From: Candidatus Aminicenantes bacterium
GTDB taxonomy: Bacteria > Acidobacteriota > Aminicenantia > Aminicenantales > CAVYOD01
Direction: 5' to 3'
NCBI GenBank assembly: GCA_963701305.1
Contig: OY969586.1
Coordinates: 1,865,509-1,929,508 of the forward strand
DNA length: 64,000 bases
The notes beneath the pieces were generated by a model, which saw nothing but the letters and a program-made list of their open reading frames with translations, was not told where the DNA came from and made no database searches. Every line of letters begins with the position of its first letter. Position 1 is the first letter of the stretch. The position numbers and the translations under genes are program-made. Positions 1 to 10,112 of this stretch are shown in pieces.

Positions 1-251
1 TCTTCGCTCTCCTTCTCCCTGCGGTCGAGGAACCGTGCCCGCTCATCCTCTCAGACGGCCTTCTTCAACAACCACCCTTCGCCGCTCGAGATACGGCCGC
101 ACGGAGGGTAGTTCCAGAGAAAGCCGCAGCAAATTCAATCAGATTGGCGACGAACGGGGCCCGAGGCACGGAGTACGGGGAAATTTGACTTTTCGCCTCA
201 ATGAATCTAAGATGAATTTCTGATTTTCCGGACTCAAATCAACACAATGCC

Positions 252-2750
252 ATGACCAACCGCGAGTTCAAAGAAGCTTACGATTTTCGCCGTATTGAGG
301 TAAAGTGGCAGAAGATCTGGGCCGAGGAGAGGGTCTTCGAGGTCTGCGAAGACCCCCAGAAGGTCAAATATTATTGCCTGGAAATGTATCCCTATCCGTC
401 CGGGCACATCCATATGGGCCATGTCCGCAACTACTCCATCGGCGACGTCATCTCCCGATATAGGATCAGGAAGGGGTTCAACGTCATCCACCCTATCGGT
501 TGGGATGCCCTGGGAATGCCGGCCGAGAACGCCGCCATCCGTCACGGCATCCATCCTCAGAAATGGACGATGGACAATATCGCGCACATGAGGGACCAGA
601 TGAAGCGGCTGGGCCTGAGCTACGACTGGTCCAGGGAAGTGAACAGCTGCCTCCCTGAGTATTATAAATGGAACCAGTGGATCTTCTTGAAGATGTTTGA
701 CCGAGGCCTGGCCTTCCGCAAAAAGAGCTGGGTCAACTGGTGTCCCCAGTGCCGGACCGTCCTGGCCAACGAGCAGGTGACGACCGGTCAGTGCTGGCGC
801 TGTGACGATGTTGTGGTCCCGAAGAAAATGGAGCAGTGGTTCCTGAAGATCACCGACTATGCCGATGAGCTCCTGACCGGTCACGACCTGCTCCGGAAGT
901 GGCCCGAGCATGTCCTGCTGATGCAGAAGAACTGGATCGGGAAAAGCACCGGCAGTCTTGTGTCTTTTCCGGTTTCGGGGAAGGATTTGGCTATCGATGT
1001 TTTTACGACCCGGGTGGATACCATTTACGGGGCGACTTTCGTCGTCCTGTCACCCGAGCATCCGTTGGCCCATGAGCTGGTGACCGAGCCGGCAGGCCGA
1101 GAGAAGCTCCATCAGTGGATGTCCCGGGCGGGCGCAGGGGCCCGGTCCAGACAAGAGGGCGATGAAGAGAAAGAGGGGATTGATACCGGCAAAAAGGCCC
1201 TCAACCCATTCTCCGGGGCGGAGATTCCCGTCTGGATCGCCAATTATGTCTTGATGGAATACGGGACGGGCGCCATCATGGCCGTCCCCGCTCACGACCA
1301 AAGGGATTATGAATTCGCCCTCAAATATGGGATACCCATCAAACCCGTCATCTTCCCGGAAAACGACCTGGATCCCAAGTCGAAACCGGGCGAAGCATTT
1401 GAAGCTTACGGAGTTCTCCGTGACTCAGGCCCTTACTCTGGATTGCCCTCCTCCGCGGCCATTGAAAGGATGAACCTTTTTGCAGAAAGAAAAGGCTTCG
1501 GCGCGGAGAGCACGACCTTCCGCCTTCGAGACTGGGGGATTTCCCGTCAGCGCTATTGGGGGACTCCCATCCCGATCATCTACTGCCAAAGGTGCGGGAC
1601 CGTCGGCGTGCCCTATGAGGACCTGCCGGTCAAGATCCCCTTCGATGTGAAATTCACTGGGGAGGAGGGATCTCCCCTGGAAAAGCTGGAGAGCTTTGTC
1701 AAAACGACCTGTCCAAAGTGCGGAGGAGAGGCCCGCCGGGAAACGGACACCATGGACACTTTCGTCGATTCCTCATGGTATTATTTCCGCTACTGTTCGC
1801 CTGGTGAAAGTCGCTTCCCCTTCGACCCGGAAGCCGCCGATTATTGGCTTCCTACAGACCTCTACATCGGCGGGGTAGAACACGCGATCCTGCACCTGAT
1901 TTATGCCCGGTTTTTTACCAAAGTCCTGCGCGACCTGGGGCTGGCCAAGATCGATGAACCGTTCCCCCATTACCTGGCTCAAGGCATGGTGACCAAGGAC
2001 GGCGCGGCCATGTCCAAGTCGAAGGGGAACGTGGTCGACCCCGATGAGATCGTCCAGGAATACGGAGCCGACGCTCTGCGCCTCTTTATTCTCTTTGCCT
2101 CTCCTCCCGAGAAAGAATTCGCCTGGGACGAGGAGGGAATCGAGGGTTGTTACAGGTTCCTAGCCCGAGTCTGGAATCTCTTTCAGGAAAATAAGGACCT
2201 CTTCGAAGGACGGGCCCGGCCTTTGGCCAAGGCGGAGGCGGAAGGGGAAAGCGCCAAGAAGTTGCTCAAGAAGATTCACCAGACCATCAAGAAGGTCAGC
2301 GAGGACATTGAAATCAGGTTCCATTTGAATACGGCTATAAGCGCGATCATGGAACTCTATAACCAAATCAAGAAAGATAGAGAAATCCTGATGGGGTCCC
2401 CGGAAGGGAAAGCCCTCCTGCGGGAGGCCGTGGAGCAGACGATCATGCTTCTCTCACCCTTTGCGCCGCACATAACCGAAGAGATCTGGGAACTGATGGG
2501 ATACCATGAGCTCCTCGCCCGCGCCCCCTGGCCGTCCTATAATCCCGAATTGGCCCGCGAGGAGATACGGACGGTCGTCGTCCAAATCAACGGAAAGCTG
2601 CGCGATAAATTTGAAATCGAGGCCGGGGCGAGCGAAGACAGGCTGAAAGAAGAGGCGCTCCGCCTGGTCCGCATTCAGGCCATATTGGCCGGAAAAACGA
2701 TCGGAAAAGTGATTTGCGTTAAAGATAAGCTTGTCAATATCGTCGTTTGA
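252..2750 (+). CDS. leuS: Leucyl-tRNA synthetase
   Basis: 832 aa. Class I aaRS HIGH-type motif (PYPSGHIHMGHVRNY) and KMSKS motif (AMSKSKGN). LeuS-like editing (CP1) region. Followed by lptE-holA as in E. coli. Confidence 0.95.
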   Translation: MTNREFKEAYDFRRIEVKWQKIWAEERVFEVCEDPQKVKYYCLEMYPYPSGHIHMGHVRNYSIGDVISRYRIRKGFNVIHPIGWDALGMPAENAAIRHGIHPQKWTMDNIAHMRDQMKRLGLSYDWSREVNSCLPEYYKWNQWIFLKMFDRGLAFRKKSWVNWCPQCRTVLANEQVTTGQCWRCDDVVVPKKMEQWFLKITDYADELLTGHDLLRKWPEHVLLMQKNWIGKSTGSLVSFPVSGKDLAIDVFTTRVDTIYGATFVVLSPEHPLAHELVTEPAGREKLHQWMSRAGAGARSRQEGDEEKEGIDTGKKALNPFSGAEIPVWIANYVLMEYGTGAIMAVPAHDQRDYEFALKYGIPIKPVIFPENDLDPKSKPGEAFEAYGVLRDSGPYSGLPSSAAIERMNLFAERKGFGAESTTFRLRDWGISRQRYWGTPIPIIYCQRCGTVGVPYEDLPVKIPFDVKFTGEEGSPLEKLESFVKTTCPKCGGEARRETDTMDTFVDSSWYYFRYCSPGESRFPFDPEAADYWLPTDLYIGGVEHAILHLIYARFFTKVLRDLGLAKIDEPFPHYLAQGMVTKDGAAMSKSKGNVVDPDEIVQEYGADALRLFILFASPPEKEFAWDEEGIEGCYRFLARVWNLFQENKDLFEGRARPLAKAEAEGESAKKLLKKIHQTIKKVSEDIEIRFHLNTAISAIMELYNQIKKDREILMGSPEGKALLREAVEQTIMLLSPFAPHITEEIWELMGYHELLARAPWPSYNPELAREEIRTVVVQINGKLRDKFEIEAGASEDRLKEEALRLVRIQAILAGKTIGKVICVKDKLVNIVV

Positions 2751-2764
2751 ACCTTGGAATGACA

Positions 2765-3274
2765 ATGAAAAAGATACCTTGGCTTTTTTTCACCTGCGCT
2801 CTGCTGATCCAGTGCGGCTATCACCTTCGGGGGACGGGGAGCTTCCTTCCGGCCCACATCAAGAAGATCAGCATCCCGATGTTTAAGAACGAAACGACCC
2901 GCTATGAGTTGGACCTCAAGCTGACCCAAAACGTGATCAATGAACTGGTGGCCCGGGCGAGACTGGATGTCAGCGCAGATGCCGGCGGAGCCGACGCCGT
3001 ACTTGTCGGCGACATCATCTCCTTCAATGTTAACCCGATTGCCTTTTCGGGCGGCGGCTCGGCCGACCGCTACAACATCGTCATCGTCGCCAAGATCGTT
3101 CTCCGAGACCTGGTGAGCCAGAAAGTCCTTTTTTCCAACCCCTCGTTCAATTATACAGAAGAGTATGACGTTCCCCAGGGTACCGACTTTGAATCCGTCG
3201 AAACGCTGGCCATCGATAAGGTGGCCGAGAAATTCGCCCGCAGCCTGGTCGTCAACATCCTGGAGGGGTTTTAG
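2765..3274 (+). CDS. lptE: LPS-assembly lipoprotein LptE
   Basis: Signal peptide plus lipobox (LLIQCGYHLRG, compare E. coli LptE AGCGWHLRD). About 170 aa. Conserved position between leuS and holA. Start taken at the internal Met (MKKIPWLF) just after the leuS stop. Confidence 0.75.
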   Translation: MKKIPWLFFTCALLIQCGYHLRGTGSFLPAHIKKISIPMFKNETTRYELDLKLTQNVINELVARARLDVSADAGGADAVLVGDIISFNVNPIAFSGGGSADRYNIVIVAKIVLRDLVSQKVLFSNPSFNYTEEYDVPQGTDFESVETLAIDKVAEKFARSLVVNILEGF

Positions 3275-3278
3275 CCCG

Positions 3279-4367
3279 GTGCGGAGTTCCCTGCTGAATC
3301 GAGAAGTCAACGAAGGTACGCTTTCCGCAGCCTATTTTTTTTATGGAGAGGAAACCTACCTCGCAGAGCAATTCACCAGGCAGCTGAGGGATGCCCTGGT
3401 CCCACCTGAGGGTGAGCACTTCAACTACGAGAGATTCATCCTTGGGGATTCCAACTGGATGGACATCATCGACCTGGCCAGGACCGTCCCCTTTTTCTTT
3501 TCTCCCTGGAGAATTATCCGGGTGGAAGTCGGGGGCGGAGAAAAAGGCACGCTTTCCGCCACCGAGAGCAAGCTTCTCAGGGATTATTTTTCCTCCCCTT
3601 CTCCCCGGACCGTGATCATTATCGTGCTGCCCGAGAAGGCCAGGAAGAGCCACCCTCTGGTAAGATTCTTCTCCTCATTCGCCGAATCCACCGTGACCGT
3701 CAAAGAGATCAAAACGCTCCGGGGCATGAATCTTTCCGCCTGGATTGACGGCAGGCTCTATTCGTCGGGGAAGAAGATCAGCCAGGAAGCCAGGAATGAA
3801 CTCGTCGACCTCGTCGGAAATGATCTTCAAAGGCTGGATAACGAGCTGGAGAAGCTGAGCCTCTATGTCGGAGAAAAAAAATTGATCGAGGTGGACGATG
3901 TCAACCTGGTTTCAGCCTGGGACAAAACCTTTCTGGATTGGGAGTTGACGGACAACCTGGAGAGAAGGGACCCGGCCCGCTCCCTCAGGGTGCTGAACAA
4001 TCTTTTCGAGGAGGGCACGAAGCCGGAGAACATCCTGGGAAACGTCTTCCGTATGTTCAGGGACATTTATATTGCAAAGATGTCCCTGAAGGAAAAGGTC
4101 AAGGACAAAAAACAGATTTTTCGGGAACTAAAGCCTCAGATTTCTGAGAACTATGCGGACCTCTACACCCGAAAATTCAACGATTTTTTCTCATTGACCG
4201 AAAGAACCTCCGGGGAAGATTTGAAATGGGCCTTCCAGGAGCTGCAGATGATCGATCTCAATATGAAGACCTCAGATGTTTCGGTCAAAACGCTTCTGGA
4301 AGAGTTCGTTTTGGAGTATTGTCGCCGAAGCAAGGCGAAAAAGCCTATTTTGACGGGACCGGATTGA
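3279..4367 (+). CDS. holA: DNA polymerase III delta subunit
   Basis: About 360 aa. Position after leuS-lptE as in E. coli. Start assigned to the in-frame GTG just after the lptE stop; the ORF-track upstream extension overlaps lptE and is likely untranslated. Confidence 0.75.
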   Translation: MRSSLLNREVNEGTLSAAYFFYGEETYLAEQFTRQLRDALVPPEGEHFNYERFILGDSNWMDIIDLARTVPFFFSPWRIIRVEVGGGEKGTLSATESKLLRDYFSSPSPRTVIIIVLPEKARKSHPLVRFFSSFAESTVTVKEIKTLRGMNLSAWIDGRLYSSGKKISQEARNELVDLVGNDLQRLDNELEKLSLYVGEKKLIEVDDVNLVSAWDKTFLDWELTDNLERRDPARSLRVLNNLFEEGTKPENILGNVFRMFRDIYIAKMSLKEKVKDKKQIFRELKPQISENYADLYTRKFNDFFSLTERTSGEDLKWAFQELQMIDLNMKTSDVSVKTLLEEFVLEYCRRSKAKKPILTGPD

Positions 4368-4623
4368 TCTCGGCCACCTGACGGCTGAGCCGGGACTTGT
4401 AGCGGCTTCCCTTGTTCTTGGGAATCGCGCCCCTTTTGATCGTCTTATCGATAGCTGAGAAAGTTTGGGGAAGGAGTTTTTCAGCCTCTTCCTTATTTTT
4501 GCTCCGGATGGCTTCTCTGACTCTCTTGACCTGGCTGCGCAGGCTGGATCTGTTCCTCTTGTTGACGGCATTCCGGCGGAGGCTGCGCCGCATCTCTCGA
4601 ACAGCGGACCCATGATGAGCCAT
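4345..4623 (-). CDS. rpsT: 30S ribosomal protein S20
   Basis: 92 aa, very basic, typical S20 length. Confidence 0.9.
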   Translation of the reverse strand: MAHHGSAVREMRRSLRRNAVNKRNRSSLRSQVKRVREAIRSKNKEEAEKLLPQTFSAIDKTIKRGAIPKNKGSRYKSRLSRQVAEINPVPSK

Positions 4624-4772
4624 TATCTTCTCCTTCTCGAAGTGGATATGGTAGAATAAACCGGGTTCAAAGTCAACATGAAGAGGCCTATCTCGTCTAT
4701 CTGGTCAAAACCCAAACGATTTTATAATTATCTTTCTTTTTTTATTCTTGACGCGATGGACCCGACGACGAG

Positions 4773-5255
4773 ATGGCCGAGATACACGAGTTTGCCATGA
4801 TCATTGTGCTGCAACGAGTCAAAAGAGCTTCCGTCGAAGTGGAGGGCCGTCTGGTAGGAGAGGTGGGGAAGGGGGTCTGCCTCTTGATCGGAATTGAAAA
4901 GGGAGATTCCGAGAAGGATGCGGAGTTCCTGGCCAGAAAAGCCGCCGAGCTCAGGATATTTCCTGACGATTTGGGGAAAATGAATCTTTCCCTAGAGGAA
5001 GTGCAGGGGAAGATTCTGGCTATTTCCCAATTCACCCTGGCCGCCTCGGTCCGAAAAGGCCGCAGGCCGGGATTCGATAACGCCGAGGAGCCAGGGAAGG
5101 CCCAGGTGCTCTTTAACTTTTTCGTGGAATCGGTCAGACAGAGAGGGATCGAGGTCGAAACCGGCGTCTTTCAAGCCCTGATGGAAGTTCTGATTGTCAA
5201 CGACGGTCCTGTTACCTTCATCCTGAATTCCAGGCAATCCCTGGAGCCAAAATAA
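4773..5255 (+). CDS. dtd: D-aminoacyl-tRNA deacylase
   Basis: Dtd family, about 150 aa (MIIVLQRVKRASVEV..., C-terminal SQFTLAAS..GRRPGF motif). The true start may be the Met at about 4797. Confidence 0.85.
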   Translation: MAEIHEFAMIIVLQRVKRASVEVEGRLVGEVGKGVCLLIGIEKGDSEKDAEFLARKAAELRIFPDDLGKMNLSLEEVQGKILAISQFTLAASVRKGRRPGFDNAEEPGKAQVLFNFFVESVRQRGIEVETGVFQALMEVLIVNDGPVTFILNSRQSLEPK

Positions 5256-5262
5256 GGCTCAT

Positions 5263-6039
5263 CTAACAAAACTTCACTCGGGACGCATTTCTCAGGGCGG
5301 CCTCAGCGGCCGTCCGGACGTAGGAACTTCTGTCTTTAGACAGGAGCACAAGAAGCCGCAGCGCGTCTTTGCCCCCGATCTCGCCAAGGGCGAGAGTTGC
5401 GTTCCGGCGGACATCAACATTTGTGTCGCCGAGAATCCGCTCGATCTCCCGGACCGAATCGGGGTTCTTCTTCCAGGCCAAAACTTTTAGGGCCGTGCTC
5501 TTCACAAACCAGGGAGATTTTACGAGCTTTGGATAAATAAGGCTCAGATCCAAGGGCTCCCGTTTTCCGAGCATCGCGGCGATCTGATCACGGACGTCTT
5601 CGCTCGGGTCGGTAAAGGCCTCTAGGAGAACCTTGGGAACCCAGGAAGCTTGCAGCTTGGCAATCGCTTTCAAGGTCCTGAGCCTCCTCTGTTTATCGGG
5701 AGTCGACTGAATCTTTCCTAAAATGGACTTGATGATTAGACCGTTCCCGCTGTTCTGAGCTTCATAATCGCTCATCGCCTTCTGGGCTGCCTTGACCACA
5801 ACCGGATGGCGGTCGTTGAGGCACTTTTCGAAGACTCCGGCGCGATTGACTTCCGTCCGGCGCAAGAACTTCAGGGTCGCGGCCCTGAGTGTCGGAGAAC
5901 GGCCCTCATCCTGAATGAGGGGCAGAAGAAAAAGGGCCCGTTCTTTCTCGCCTAGGCTTGCGATATTCCTATATATGAACCTGACGCCCTCCCGGAAGGG
6001 AAGAGACTTGAACTTTTCTTGAAACTCCTTCAGCTCCAT
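5263..6039 (-). CDS. HEAT-repeat (PBS-lyase-like) protein
   Basis: 258 aa with repeated alpha-helical HEAT-like units (…VRRNATLALGEIG…, …VRTAAEAALRN…). Terminal gene of the rib operon strand. Confidence 0.6.
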   Translation of the reverse strand: MELKEFQEKFKSLPFREGVRFIYRNIASLGEKERALFLLPLIQDEGRSPTLRAATLKFLRRTEVNRAGVFEKCLNDRHPVVVKAAQKAMSDYEAQNSGNGLIIKSILGKIQSTPDKQRRLRTLKAIAKLQASWVPKVLLEAFTDPSEDVRDQIAAMLGKREPLDLSLIYPKLVKSPWFVKSTALKVLAWKKNPDSVREIERILGDTNVDVRRNATLALGEIGGKDALRLLVLLSKDRSSYVRTAAEAALRNASRVKFC

Positions 6040-6067
6040 GCCTTTTCAGGTTCAAGCCTGTGATTTT

Positions 6068-7285
6068 TCAAACCATATCCAGGATATGGCCCAGTTTTTC
6101 TTTTTTTGTTTTGAGGTATTTCAGATTGCATTTGTTGGGCGGGATTTCCAACGGAACGCGGTCGACGATCTCCAGTCCATAGCCGGTCAGGCCGATGAAT
6201 TTGCGGGGGTTATTGGTGATCAAGCGGAGCTTGTTGATTCCCAAAGCAACCAGAATCTGGGCTCCGATTCCATAATCCCTCTGATCAGGCTTAAATCCCA
6301 GCCTGCTGTTGGCTTCCACGGTGTCGGCCCCCCGGTCCTGGATAGCATAAGCTTTGATCTTATTGTTCAGACCGATGCCGCGTCCCTCATGATTGAGGAT
6401 GTAGAGGATAACGCCTTTTCCCTCGGCACTGACCATCTCCATGGCCCGGTGGAGCTGCTCTCCGCAATCGCAGCGAGACGAGCCGAATGTGTCCCCAGTC
6501 AGGCACTGGGAGTGGGCCCTGACCAGGGTCGGCTCTTCCCGATTGAGCTCACCCTTGATCAGCGCAACATGGGTTTCATGGTGAATGATATCCTCATAGA
6601 TGACAATTCGGAAATCGCCGTATCTGGTAGGGAGTTCCGCTTCGTCCACCTTTTGGACCAGGCTCTCATGTTTGAGCCGGTATTTGATCAAGTCGGCGAT
6701 GGTCAGGACAGGGATGTCATTTGTCAGGCTGAAACTTTCGAGCTCAGGCATCCTGGCCATGGTCCCATCTTCGTTCATGATTTCACAGATCACCCCAGCC
6801 GGCTTGAGACCTGCCAAACGGGCGAGGTCAACCGCCGCTTCAGTCTGACCGGCCCTGGCCAGAACGCCGCCCTCCCTCGCCCGGAGAGGAAAGACGTGGC
6901 CGGGTCGGGCCAGGTCCGAAGGTTTTGTCCGGGGGTCGATCGCCACCTGGATTGTTCTGGCCCGGTCGTAGGCTGATATGCCGGTGGAGATGCCTTGTTT
7001 GGCGTCGACCGAGACCGTGAAGGCCGTTTCGAAACGGGCCGTATTATCCATGACCATCAGGGGCAGATGGAGCTCTTCGAGCCTCTCCCGGGTCAAGGGA
7101 AGGCAGATGAGTCCCCGGCCGTTCTTGGTCATGAAATTGATTATGTCGGGAGTGACCTTTTCTGCCGCGACCATCAGGTCGCCTTCGTTTTCGCGGTCTT
7201 CGTCATCCACAATGATGATCAAATGACCCTCCTTGACCGCTTTGAGGGCCTGCTCGACTGTGGCTGTTTTTATCTTTTTTTCCAT
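6068..7285 (-). CDS. ribBA: Bifunctional 3,4-dihydroxy-2-butanone-4-phosphate synthase / GTP cyclohydrolase II
   Basis: 405 aa. N-terminal DHBP synthase motif (RENEGDL). C-terminal GTP cyclohydrolase II zinc site (CxCGxxLH-type CDCGEQLH). Confidence 0.95.
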   Translation of the reverse strand: MEKKIKTATVEQALKAVKEGHLIIIVDDEDRENEGDLMVAAEKVTPDIINFMTKNGRGLICLPLTRERLEELHLPLMVMDNTARFETAFTVSVDAKQGISTGISAYDRARTIQVAIDPRTKPSDLARPGHVFPLRAREGGVLARAGQTEAAVDLARLAGLKPAGVICEIMNEDGTMARMPELESFSLTNDIPVLTIADLIKYRLKHESLVQKVDEAELPTRYGDFRIVIYEDIIHHETHVALIKGELNREEPTLVRAHSQCLTGDTFGSSRCDCGEQLHRAMEMVSAEGKGVILYILNHEGRGIGLNNKIKAYAIQDRGADTVEANSRLGFKPDQRDYGIGAQILVALGINKLRLITNNPRKFIGLTGYGLEIVDRVPLEIPPNKCNLKYLKTKKEKLGHILDMV

Positions 7286-7340
7286 GACCCAACCTAAAAA
7301 GTTCGGTCGTCGTTGCTTCGCCGCACTTTGCGCCGTCTCT

Positions 7341-7937
7341 TCAAGCTCTTCGCGGCGATGGCACGACTCGATTATACACGTATTTCCCGATTATGTCACA
7401 TTCTATATTGACTTCGTCTCCGGGTTTGAGGCTCCCTAAGTTGCTGTTAGTCAAGGTGATAGGGATAACTTCGACCTCCAACGAGGAAGGCCCCAGGCCG
7501 GCCAGGGTGAGACTGACGCCGTTGATCGCAACCGACCCTTTGAGGATGAAAAAAGGCCGGAGGCGGACCGGGAAACTGATCGTCAGCCTTCGCCCAGGCC
7601 TGCGAGGGATCGATTTCAAGACCTTCCCCCGGTCGTCGATGTGGCCGGCGACCAAATGTCCGCTCAGCGGTGTCTGGAGTGAGATCGGGAGCTCCAGATT
7701 CACCCGCTCTCCGGGCCGCAACAGTCCCAAGTTTGATATGCCGCGGGTTTCCTGGGAGAGGTTGAAGACGAGCCCCTTGGCTTCTTTTCGGACGAGTGTC
7801 AGGCAGACCCCGTTCACGGCCAGACTGTCGCCAGGCTCGATCTGCGCGGCCAGGGCAGGAGCACCGATAAGCATCTCTTGTTTTCCCCGGCCGTAGTTTT
7901 TAAAGACCCCAAGATGACTGATGATTCCTGTAAACAT
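7341..7937 (-). CDS. ribE: Riboflavin synthase alpha chain
   Basis: 198 aa. MFTGII...NGVCLTV and duplicated lumazine-binding halves (…NGVSLTL…). Confidence 0.9.
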   Translation of the reverse strand: MFTGIISHLGVFKNYGRGKQEMLIGAPALAAQIEPGDSLAVNGVCLTLVRKEAKGLVFNLSQETRGISNLGLLRPGERVNLELPISLQTPLSGHLVAGHIDDRGKVLKSIPRRPGRRLTISFPVRLRPFFILKGSVAINGVSLTLAGLGPSSLEVEVIPITLTNSNLGSLKPGDEVNIECDIIGKYVYNRVVPSPRRA

Positions 7938-9037
7938 TAGAGATATCCTTCAATGATGATGTCGTCTTCGACCCGGAAGGAGCGCGGATTTTTCAGGCGG
8001 ATGGAATCCTTGATGAGATCAACGCCCTTTCCTCCCAAGAAAGGAAGCGCCTGGTCGCCCCCGGTGATTTTGGGAGAGAGGGTCAAATAAACCTTGTCCG
8101 CCAGCTTTTGTTCGAGGAGGGAGGTCATAAGACGGCTTCCCCCCTCGACCAGAAGGCTGGAGACCTCCCTCCGCCCAAGCCATCCCATGACGTCGCCGAG
8201 ATCAATCATTCCGGAATGACCGCGAAGGGGAACAACCTCAGCCCCTCTAGCAGATAACAAATCCGCCTTCCTCGAAGAGACCCCGGCCATGGTAAAGATG
8301 ATCAGTTTGCCCTCACCCCGCGTCGATAGAATCCTGGCCTTCAAAGGGAAACGGAGGTGAGAGTCCAGGATGATCCTCGTCAGCCTTTTCTTCCCCCAAT
8401 TGGGATGACGCGCAGTCAGGAGGGGGTCATCTCGCAGAACCGTCTGGATTCCAACCATAATGGCGTCGTATTCTCCGCGCAGGAGATGAATATATTCGCG
8501 CGTGGCAGGGGAAGATATCCAGCGGGAATCGCATCGTCTGGTCGCCATCCGACCGTCCAAGGTTAACGCCGCTTTAAGAGTGACGAACGGCAGCTTTTGG
8601 GTTATGTATTTAATATAGGCCTCATTGAGGCGGGAATTCTTTTCCTGGAGGAGCCCGAGTGAGACATCCACGCCGGCCTGCTTAAGTTTTTGGATTCCTT
8701 TCCCATAGACAAGTGGATTCGGGTCAAGCGCGGAGACGACGACTCTTTTCAACCCAGCTCGGAGCAGGCTGTCTACGCAGGGCGGAGTCCTGCCCCAATG
8801 GACACAGGGTTCGAGAGTGATAAAGGCGGTTGCTTTTTTGGCCAAGCCCCCCGCCCTGCCCAAGGCGATCACTTCGGCATGCGGTTTTCCCGCCTCCTCG
8901 TGGTAGCCATGGCCAACGATGGCTCCTGCACGGACGACCAGGGCTCCGACCAGGGGATTGGGACTAACCCGTCCCCTGGCCTTTTCAGCCAGACCGTAGG
9001 CCATTTCGAGGAAAGCCAGATCCTTGGAGTTATTCAT
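7937..9037 (-). CDS. ribD: Bifunctional riboflavin deaminase/reductase
   Basis: 366 aa. CMP/dCMP-type deaminase zinc motifs (HAEVIAL…PCVHWGRTPPC) plus C-terminal RibD reductase domain. Confidence 0.95.
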   Translation of the reverse strand: MNNSKDLAFLEMAYGLAEKARGRVSPNPLVGALVVRAGAIVGHGYHEEAGKPHAEVIALGRAGGLAKKATAFITLEPCVHWGRTPPCVDSLLRAGLKRVVVSALDPNPLVYGKGIQKLKQAGVDVSLGLLQEKNSRLNEAYIKYITQKLPFVTLKAALTLDGRMATRRCDSRWISSPATREYIHLLRGEYDAIMVGIQTVLRDDPLLTARHPNWGKKRLTRIILDSHLRFPLKARILSTRGEGKLIIFTMAGVSSRKADLLSARGAEVVPLRGHSGMIDLGDVMGWLGRREVSSLLVEGGSRLMTSLLEQKLADKVYLTLSPKITGGDQALPFLGGKGVDLIKDSIRLKNPRSFRVEDDIIIEGYL

Positions 9038-9926
9038 GAGAGGAGGGCGTCGACGAAATTCTGGGGAGAAAAAGGCAGCATATCCTCTTCACTCTCTCCC
9101 ACTCCGATGAATTTGACCGGAAGCCCCAGCTCCGAAACGATGCTGATTACGCTTCCTCCTTTGGCCGTGCCATCGAGCTTGGTCAGGAATATCCCGGTGA
9201 TGCCTGAGAACTTCAGGAATTCCCTGGCCTGGACGATGGCATTCTGGCCGATGGTTGAATCCAGGACAAGCAGGATCTCATGCGGCGCCCCGCTGATTTC
9301 TCGGGCGATTATCCGTTTGACCTTTTCGAGTTCGTTCATCAGGTTGGCATTGGTGTGAATCCTGCCGGCCGTGTCGATGAGCAGAATATCAAAACCGTGG
9401 ATCTTGAAGGATTGAACCGCATCATAGACGACCGAGGCAGGGTCCGCGCCGTACTGGCCCCTGATCACCTGGATATTCAGCCTTTTCCCCCACAGGGCGA
9501 GCTGCTCAAGAGCCGCCGCCCGGAATGTATCAGCTGCCACCATCATGACCTTTTTGCCCTCATTTTTCAAGGCAAAGGCGAGCTTAGCCAGGGAGGTCGT
9601 TTTGCCTCCCCCGTTCACTCCGACCATCATAACCACCAACGGAGCCGAATTGCGGGCTCCTTCAGGAGGATACTGCGAAAGGATCCTCACCAACTCCTCT
9701 TTGAGAAGAGCCTGGACCACCGGGAATGAGCTATCCTTCTTTATCTTGTCCTTAAGGTCCCCGATGATCTTCTCGGTTGTCCCGATTCCGACGTCCGCCA
9801 GGATCAAGAGCTCAGTTATCTCATCGAGGATTTCTTCACTCTGTCTGCTGCCCTGAAGAAAGGTCTCGAGCTTGTCCCGAAAAACTTGTCGGGTCCTGGC
9901 CAGTTTTTCCTTCAGATTTCCCAGCA
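9034..9926 (-). CDS. ftsY: Signal recognition particle receptor FtsY (short NG-domain form)
   Basis: SRP GTPase motifs (GVNGGGKTTSLAKLA, DTAGR, TKLDGTAKGG). Stop overlaps the ribD start (ATGA). The ORF track extends to 10131, which would overlap divergent recJ and read through a heptad-repeat array. A GTG at 9926 gives a roughly 297-aa FtsY typical of short forms. Start uncertain. Confidence 0.8.
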
Positions 9927-9980
9927 CGGCATGAATATTATATTCATAACCGTCTATCCCGTCTATCTCGCAAAATTGCA

Positions 9981-10020
9981 GTAAGGGTGAGGGGTGAGGC
10001 GTAAGGGGCAAGAGGCAAAG
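9981..10020. repeat. Tandem GTRAGGG heptad array (copy A, one-armed)
   Basis: gtaaggg/tgagggg/tgaggcg/taagggg/caagagg: about 5 tandem 7-nt units in the ftsY/recJ divergent region. A 9-nt direct repeat (cgtctatcc cgtctatct) lies immediately upstream. Confidence 0.7.
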
Positions 10021-10112
10021 GGCTGTTTTTGGCGAAAGGAGCGCGGGGTACGGTGAACGGGGCACAGCTTTCGCGATTTGAGGATTGTCGTTGATTGTGC
10101 TAGATTTAAGCC

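Noticed and set aside
234-911. Long antisense ORFs opposite strong genes (234..911, 14896..15927, 19676..20998, 27309..28289, 60287..61612, 6038..6976)
   Set aside because: Each lies entirely within, and antisense to, a confidently identified conserved gene (leuS, rpoN, ptsI, helicase, asnB, ribBA). High GC generates long spurious ORFs. The translated proteins are low-complexity and R/G/P-rich.
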